Of a stretch of 39,850 nucleotides of DNA, positions 33,038-39,850 are shown piece after piece; within the stretch, counting starts at the first letter, position 1, and each line of letters starts with the position of its first letter. Both the position numbers and the translations under genes were made by a program. This DNA comes from Guillardia theta CCMP2712 (taxonomy: Eukaryota; Protista; Cryptophyta). The notes under the pieces were generated by a model. That model ran no database searches. It saw nothing but the letters and a program-made list of their open reading frames with translations, and was not told the origin of the DNA. The stretch is from positions 155,430 to 195,279 of the forward strand of contig NW_005434584.1 of NCBI RefSeq assembly GCF_000315625.1. Reading direction: 5' to 3'.

Positions 33038-34443
33038 GCTGACGGTTGTTCAGACCTCGACAAGAGAGGGCACTTGTCTCTGAAGTGACCGAACTTCTGA
33101 CAGTTGTAGCACTTCACCTTCTTCTTGTCGAACTTCTTCTCCTTGCCCTGCATGTCCTCGCTCTGAGTAGGAGCCGACCGCTTGCCCTCATGACGAGGTT
33201 GTGCTTGGGTGAAATGAAGACTCGTCTGACCGTCTTGTGGGTGTCTCTGACGCAGATTAAGAGCTTCGCGATACAACTGCGGCAAATACTTGCCCATCTC
33301 CGACGGCTCCGCATGATAAGTAATCCCAAACGTCTTACCATCGCGTTCCATCAGCATGCTCAATTCCTTCCGTAGCATGGCACGCGCATAGTCCATTTGA
33401 ATCCCATCGACAAAGGCGCGTTCCCAGCTACCTAGCGCGACACTAGGTCTCTTGGACACAAGGTAGCACGCCTGCAGGTGTGTAACCATCGCCTGGAATC
33501 TTGCGGTGTACGCCTCGACGGACTCCTTGGGCCCTTGCCTAGCCTGCTTCTGCACATGACGCTCAAGTTTCTCAATAAACTCGAACGGTAACCATTTCAA
33601 CAACAGTTTCTCCACAAACTGTTCCCAATCACCATGCTCAGCTGAGAACTGATCTTGCTCAGCCATCGGGAGTGTAGCCCACCATAGCTGCACCTCCGGC
33701 CCGAACGCAGAGATGGCCGCTCCTACCCATCGATGGCGTGCTATACGGTGAAATTTACACCTGCCTTCGATATATCCGAGCCATGAGACCACCGACCTCT
33801 CCATGGTCTGCTCACCATTGTACTGCAACAATGACTTCGGATCCAGCTTGCAAATCTGACCACCGTCATTCTCCGCATGCTTAAGCTTGTGAGGCTTGTC
33901 CTCGGGTTCCCGAACCCGCTCACAAAGCAGTACACGCATCTCCGCTGCCTCCTTGGCAAGCCTACGGTTCTCTCGCTGGGATTCCTCAAGTGCCCTCACA
34001 AGATCCTGGAGTTTGCGATCAGCTTCTCTCTGGGATTCTGCGAGTGCATTTACGAGATTGTGCATCTTATCCATGTTGTTCTGTTCCACAGACCTGAGCT
34101 CTCTACATGTCCGGCGTAGGTGCTCATTTTCTTCCACGATGTCACGAAAACTGGCCTTCAAGGGAAGGGCGGGACCATCTCTTTCGTTTTCATCCCTACT
34201 CTCCAACCATGAAGGCACTGTACGACCACTGTCAACACTATCGTCACGTACAACAGCCTCCTGCTGGATGACAGTTTCCGACGGATCGTACGCATGTGAC
34301 TGCGGCGACATGCCTGTCACCGTAGGAAAGCGCGGCTCTGCTGACCCATTCAATGTCTCCTTCACAAAGCTGCCCAACCGCGACATGCTTCGACTCATGA
34401 AGTCCGAGACAACGCTACCTGACTGAATGCTCGTCCTATCCAT
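33025..34443 (-). CDS. gag: Gag with coiled coil, capsid-like region and CCHC zinc knuckle
   Basis: QGPKESVEAYTARF (MHR-like), CYNCQKFGHFRDKC; ATG at 34443. Confidence 0.93.
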   Translation of the reverse strand: MDRTSIQSGSVVSDFMSRSMSRLGSFVKETLNGSAEPRFPTVTGMSPQSHAYDPSETVIQQEAVVRDDSVDSGRTVPSWLESRDENERDGPALPLKASFRDIVEENEHLRRTCRELRSVEQNNMDKMHNLVNALAESQREADRKLQDLVRALEESQRENRRLAKEAAEMRVLLCERVREPEDKPHKLKHAENDGGQICKLDPKSLLQYNGEQTMERSVVSWLGYIEGRCKFHRIARHRWVGAAISAFGPEVQLWWATLPMAEQDQFSAEHGDWEQFVEKLLLKWLPFEFIEKLERHVQKQARQGPKESVEAYTARFQAMVTHLQACYLVSKRPSVALGSWERAFVDGIQMDYARAMLRKELSMLMERDGKTFGITYHAEPSEMGKYLPQLYREALNLRQRHPQDGQTSLHFTQAQPRHEGKRSAPTQSEDMQGKEKKFDKKKVKCYNCQKFGHFRDKCPLLSRSEQPSALNQ

Positions 34444-34494
34444 GTTTTCTTGAACAACTTCTTTCAACACAACAACTCCGAGAGGAAAACCAGG

Positions 34495-34507
34495 CCTTCG
34501 CGTACCA
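34495..34507 (-). promoter_or_regulatory. Primer-binding site (TGGTACGCGAAGG), probably initiator tRNA-Met
   Basis: TGG lies 3 nt after the 5' LTR; TGGTA implies a tRNA ending U72-A73-CCA, typical of eukaryotic initiator tRNA. tRNA identity not verified. Confidence 0.6.
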
Positions 34508-34510
34508 AAA

Positions 34511-34738
34511 TGTTAGGAAAACTTCCTAAAAGTATCTCTCGATCCAGTGTTGACACACGAAGTGATCCCGTCAAGAAACCAAAGAGCAAGCGCGCGACAG
34601 CAATGCACAATTCAACGGCAATTTACTCCAAATCCACGTTAGAGATAAAGAAAAGTAAGTAATCTAATTTCCTAAGAAACGAGACTGCCTAGGACACCTA
34701 CTTAAGAAAGACAGGAAGTCAGTAAACATATCCTATCA
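34511..34738 (-). repeat. 5' LTR of chromovirus
   Basis: Direct repeat of 28971-29198. Confidence 0.97.
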
Positions 34739-37715
34739 CTGACACCCTTTGCGAGCATCTCCGTTTGTTCGCCTCCTACCTCTCCAGCTACTATGGAGAC
34801 TCTGCTGACCTTCGACTCTTTCACAAAAGTCAGTCAGCCTCCGTTCAGTGTACCTCGGCCGGGCGTCTGTCAGGGCGATGTCCCCTCCAGCGTATTTTTC
34901 TGCCACAGTATCCACCCCCTGCTCCTCCATATCGCAGACTCTTTTTCCCTCTGTTCGAGTCTTGGCCTATGCTGACAACGTCGTACTTGTCGGTCCACTC
35001 GAGGATGCCGTTGCAGCTACGTCCGCTATGAAGAAGTACATGGTGGCTGATCTGAAGCTAGAGATTCAACCTCGCGAGTCGAAAGTTTACATCCCCTCCT
35101 GGCATCAACACCCTGATCTCTCGCAGCTGAAGAAGAGCCTTAAGCGCCGTCTCAAGACTCAACTTCTTCACTTCGAGGTCGTCACTGGCGGGATTACACT
35201 TGGCGGCCTGCCTATCGGCACGGATGGATTTCATGCTAGTCAGCTCCGAGCGAAGGTTTCTACCCTCAACAAAGAGCTCTCGAAGCTCGGGCTCGTCCAG
35301 CATGGCTTCATGTTCAAGACGCTGGTGAGGGCGAGCCATCTCCAGAAGCTGCGCTTCTTCCTTCAGGGGTCATCTCCGTTTCTCCCGCGGGTCCAATCAC
35401 AGATTCGTCGCTTTGATCTCTCTGTCCACCTGGCGCTTGAGAAATACCGTACCACCGCTGGCCTTCCTCGCAGTACCTCGCCGCGCATCCCGACCTGCTA
35501 GAGTTTGCGAGGTTCAAGCGGGAGCTTCCGCATAGTCGGGGAGGGGACGAGTTCACGCCCTCTGAGGGTCTACACCCCGCTGTTTACTATACGGCTATCG
35601 CTCGCTTCCTCGCTTGGTACTCTGACCAGCCCATGTCACGGACGTTGCCCCGCAGGATAGGGTCTGCAAGGTATAGGATTTACTGGCAGAAGATAAAAAG
35701 TGCCTCAAGCAAAACAAAGCAGGAACAAGCTGAACCGGCAGGTACACAGTCCACAGCGAGAAGCTGCACAAACACACAGTGTCTTGCAGTCTACCATCTT
35801 TGCTCATTTTCCTGAGCGTGACCTGAGCCACTCTCCGATGCGAGTCTCGAGCTACTACCTCCTCAAGGCCTTCCCGCACCGCTATGCTCAGATGCTCGAC
35901 TGCTATCTCCATGGCATGCCGATCTGCCAGTGTCCGACGGAATGTGATGGATGTCAGCGCGAGCTCGATCCCTCCGTTGCTGCACATCATCTCCAGACCT
36001 GCAAACGCCGATCCTCCAAGCTTCCCACGGCGCATGACAACCTTACTCGTACGATTCGGTCGATGCTGAACGAAGCTGGTCTTCAGAGCGTCATCGATAC
36101 AGTCGGGGATCCTCGTTCTCGACGGCAGGTACCCTCCCATCCTCATGGCCGCAAGATGAAGGGCGATATCCACATCCCTGGAATCCGCGATCGAGGGTCC
36201 GAGCAGTACGAGGGCTTGATGGCGGACGTGACGTTGGTCCACCCTTACATTGGTAGCTCTGCCGACCTGACCAAGTGGGGGGAGGTCAACCTCGACGCCC
36301 TCCATGTTGCAGCGTCTGAGAAGATTCGCAAACATCGCGCTGCATATGCCATGACTACTCCTCCTCGAGCGGTACCGTGTTCCTGTGTCCAGCCTCCCTC
36401 CGGACCCCCGGGCAACGCCGGCTCCTTGTCGGCGGCTGCCCTTTCTCCGTCCGCGGCCGCCCGCTTTGTGGCGGCAGGGAACGTCTCGACTGACAGTGGT
36501 CAGTCGGCTGCCTCCGGGTATCGCGTCTAAGGGATTTTATTCCTCCTGCATGCTCCTGCTGCTTGTTGCTTGATTGCTTGACCCTTAGGCTGCTTGTCTG
36601 CGCGGCTTCGCGCTTGGGCTGGCGCTGCCGCGTCTGGTTGCCAGCAGTGCTGGTTCTTTTCGGGCTTGTGTTTTGTGTGTGATTGTGCAGCTTCTCGCTG
36701 TGGACTGTGTGCCTGCCGGTTCAGCTTGTTCCTGCTTTGTTTTGCTTGAGGCACTTTTTACCTTCTGCCAGTAAATCCATTACCTCCTCGAGCGTTCATC
36801 CCTCTTGCCATCTCGACGGACGGTACCCTGCATCCTGACACCCTCCGCTTCATCTGGTATCTGGCGGACATCATTGCTCAGCGCTCGATGCCTCTTGAGG
36901 ATGCGGCGTTTGGTCGGCACTTCGTGCCTGATGATGGACCTGCTGCTGAGGTCTTGGCTCGCAAGCGCGCCGCCACCTATCAGCGCCTCACTATGCAGCT
37001 GACGCTGGAGGCGCTCTTGTCTGGTGCGAGGCGCATGACGCCCTTGCGGGCGCAAGCACTTCTCGAGCCAGAGGACAGCTCCTCCTCGGACTTTGTCGAG
37101 TCGCCCGAGGAGGAGTCTTCGAGTCGCCGGAGGTCTCCGACTCCGATGGGGGAAACACTTCGAGTGGCGCCGACGACCGGCGCGGACTCCGCTAGCGAGG
37201 CGTCTCCGTCCCTGTGACTGTGACGTCGGGTGCCTCCGGAGAGCTCGACACCACTGGGGTGCTTGCTGCTGGACCGAGCTCGCCTGCTTCCTCCCCGGCA
37301 TCGGTCGGGTCACGCCGGTCCTTGAGCATTGCTGCGGCGTCGCCGCCGTCACGGGTACCGCTGACTCGGAGGCTAGCGAGGAGGACTACCTCGAGCGGTA
37401 CCGTGTTCCTGTGTCCAGCCTCCCTCCGTCCGCTGCCCCAGGCGGACCCCCGGGCAACGCCGGCTCCTTGTCGGCGGCGGTCAATGGATTTACTGGCAGA
37501 AGGTAAAAAGTGCCTCAAGCAAAACAAAGCAGGAACAAGCTAAACCTCCAGGCACACAGCACCCAGCGAGAAGCTGCACAATCACACACAAAACACAAGC
37601 CCGAAAAGAACCAGCACCCAGACTGCTGGCACCCAGACGCGGCATCGCGGCTGCCCTTTCTCCGTCCGCGGCCGCCCGCTTTGTGGCCATAGGATTTACT
37701 GGCAGAAGGTAAAAA
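34739..37715 (+). mobile_element. Degenerate, 5'-truncated CRE/SLACS-clade non-LTR retrotransposon (RT + CCHC + restriction-like endonuclease), interrupted by copies of its own 3' end
   Basis: GVCQGDVPSSVFF, LAYADN (YADD variant), LKLEIQPRESK, GITLGGLPIG, LPHSRGG, C-x3-C...HHLQTC, AHD, KGD..ADVT..EKIRKH, FIPLAISTDG. Frameshifts present; ORF ends at 37217. Confidence 0.85.
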
Positions 37716-37720
37716 GGGGA

Positions 37721-37820
37721 NNNNNNNNNNNNNNNNNNNNNNNNNNNNNNNNNNNNNNNNNNNNNNNNNNNNNNNNNNNNNNNNNNNNNNNNNNNNNNNN
37801 NNNNNNNNNNNNNNNNNNNN
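37721..37820. other. Assembly gap (100 N)
   Basis: Run of N. Confidence 1.
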
Positions 37821-38496
37821 TCTCATTAGCTCTCCCCATGACTCGCCTCTGCACCCATCACCCCGAACCCGCGCGCCGCCTACAAGTTCAAACCCTGTCC
37901 CTCATTTACCCTTCTCCACCCCTGCTCCTCGCCGTAAGTAAGGCGAGCATATCCCGAGGGAGGGAGGGAGAAGAGCATGGAAGGAGGAGGGGAGGGATAC
38001 TTGCAATGGAGATCTCAGGATTTTTAATGAAAATTATTTGCTCTTTGATCGGGGGCAAAGGGACCTGTGTTTCGGTGGCACCCTATAGACATAGGGTAGG
38101 TATCTATATAAAACAACCGGTGTAGAAAAAAAAGATTGCCGTTGCTAGCTGGCATACGACTCCTTGATTTGAAAACAAAAATACTTATTGGCTGGATTTA
38201 CTACACTCGTCAATGGCTGACACTATGATAAGATTTCATGAGCGTGTATCGAAATATACGAATAACCCTACCCCCTCCATATCAGATAAACATACCGGTA
38301 CACAGGGTAGAGAGCAGCTAAGAGGCGTGTAAAGCCGGAACTCAAATGCTTAAAACGAATATAAAAGAGTACTGAGTGGTACAAATCATTCTGGTACAAA
38401 ATTGACTAAAAACTGTATGCTTATGATCAAATTAACAGGTACAAGTGTTTGTTAAAAGGATATTAATTTATAATTGGGCATTATTAAATGCCATGG

Positions 38497-39850
38497 AATG
38501 CCAGCCCAAGCGCGAAGCCGCGCAGACAAGCAGCCGAAGGGTCAAACAATCAAGCAACAAGCAGCAGGAGCACATCATCTCCGGGACTTTGTCGAGTCGC
38601 CCGAGGAGGAGTCTTCGCCGGAGGTCTCCGACTCCGATGGGGGACTCGGAAACACTTCGAGTGGCACCGACGACCGGCGCGGAGCTGGCGAGGCGACCGG
38701 CGCGGAGCTGGCGAGGCGTCTCCGTCCCTCGAGGTTTAGCTTGTTCCTGCTTTGTTTGCTTGAGGCACTTTTTACCTTCTGCCAGTAAATCCATCAGCTT
38801 CTCGCTGTGCGCTGTGTGCCTGGAGGTTTAGCTTGTTCCTGCTCTGTTTTGCTTGAGGCACTTTTTACCTTCTGCCAGTAAATCCGTAGAAGCGGGCGGC
38901 CGCGGACGGAGCAAGGGCAGTCGCCGACACTGAGGAGCCGGCGTTGCCCGGGGGTCCGCCTGAGGCAGCGGACGGAGGGAGGCTGGACACAGGAGCACGG
39001 TACCGCTCGAGGTAGTCCTCCTCGCTAGCCTCCGAGTCAGCGGTAAGCAGGAGCATGCAGGAGGAATCAAATCCCTTAGACGCGATACCCGGAGGCAGCC
39101 GACTGACCACTGTCAGTCGAGACGTCCGCTGCCGCCACAAAGCGGGCGGCCCGGCGCGGACGGAGGCTACGGATTCACTGGCAGAAGGTAAACGGAGAAA
39201 GGGCAGCCGCCGACAAGGAGCCGGCGTTGCCCGGGGGTCCGCCTGGGGCAGCGGACGGAGGGAGGCTGGACACAGGAACACGGTACCGCTCGAGGTAGTC
39301 CTCCTCGCTAGCCTCCGAGTCAGCGGTAGCCGAGTCAGCGGTAGCCGCCCGTGAGCGGCAATGCCCAAGGACCGGCGTGACCCGACCGATGCCGGGGAGG
39401 AAGCAGGCGAGCTCGGACCAGCAGCAAGCACCCCAGTGGTGTCGAGCTCTCCGGAGGCACCCGACGTCACAGTGAGGGACGGAGACGCCTCGCCAGCTCC
39501 GCGCCGCCGATCGTCGGCGCCACTCGACGTGTTTCCCCCATCGGAGTCGGAGACCTCCGGCGAAGACTCCTCTTCGGGCGACTCGACAAAGTCCGAGGAG
39601 TCTGGGTGCCAGCACTGCTGGCTTTTCGGGCTTGTGTTTTGTGTGTGATTGTGCAGCTTCTCGCTGTGCGCTGTGTGCCAGGAGGTTTAGCTTGTTCCTG
39701 CTTTGTTTTGCTTGAGGCACTTTTTACCTTCTGCCAGTAAATCCATTGCAGGAGGGATAAAACGCTGCTTGTCTGTGCGGCTTCGCGCTTGGGCTGGCGG
39801 TGCCGCGTCTGGTTGCCAGCTTGAGGCACTTTTTACCTTCTGCCAGTAAA
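38497..39850. mobile_element. Nested 3'-fragments of the same CRE-like family in both orientations
   Basis: 3' termini end at 38792, 38885, 39744 and 39850 (+) and start at 39171 (-). 39206-39600 is an inverted copy of 37083-37478. Confidence 0.88.

Larger units (their letters stand above)
28971..34738 (-). mobile_element. Full-length Ty3/gypsy chromovirus LTR retrotransposon (~5.77 kb)
   Basis: Two 228-bp LTRs (TG..CA, 3 mismatches), PBS, PPT, gag and pol in PR-RT-RH-IN-chromodomain order. Confidence 0.97.

Noticed and set aside
27920-39850. CRISPR-like array (recurrent ~35-60 bp motif with variable spacers)
   Set aside because: Copies occur in both orientations with irregular spacing and length, the spacers are themselves repeats of one retroelement, and no cas genes are present. 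Retroelement 3' ends explain it.

Overview
Eukaryotic nuclear DNA from an intron-dense, GC-rich protist. Introns of about 45-270 nt, the low-complexity style and a signal peptide+RGG presequence suggest a cryptophyte-like alga; this is inference. The left ~26 kb is genic. It holds (i) a ~12.3 kb, almost intron-free minus-strand gene for a ~4,100-aa signal-peptide/single-TM surface protein, split by one frame break near 6300 and built from three repeat classes, two of which resemble modules of tailed-phage structural proteins; (ii) a heavily spliced NEK6/7-type kinase fused in frame to an apparently full-length IFT57-like module, with a near-identical 2.2 kb partial duplicate at the window start; (iii) a DDX24/Mak5-type DEAD-box helicase with a bipartite-like presequence. 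The right ~14 kb is a retroelement nest. It contains copia LTR/RT relics and an intact Ty3/gypsy chromovirus with a -1 frameshift signal but no TSD. It also contains a degenerate CRE-clade (RT + restriction-like endonuclease) non-LTR element whose fixed 3' end (...CTTCTGCCAGTAAATCC) occurs at least 14 times, nested in the family's own sequence in both orientations. There is one 100-N gap (37721-37820). All family assignments are by eye from motifs; no searches were run.
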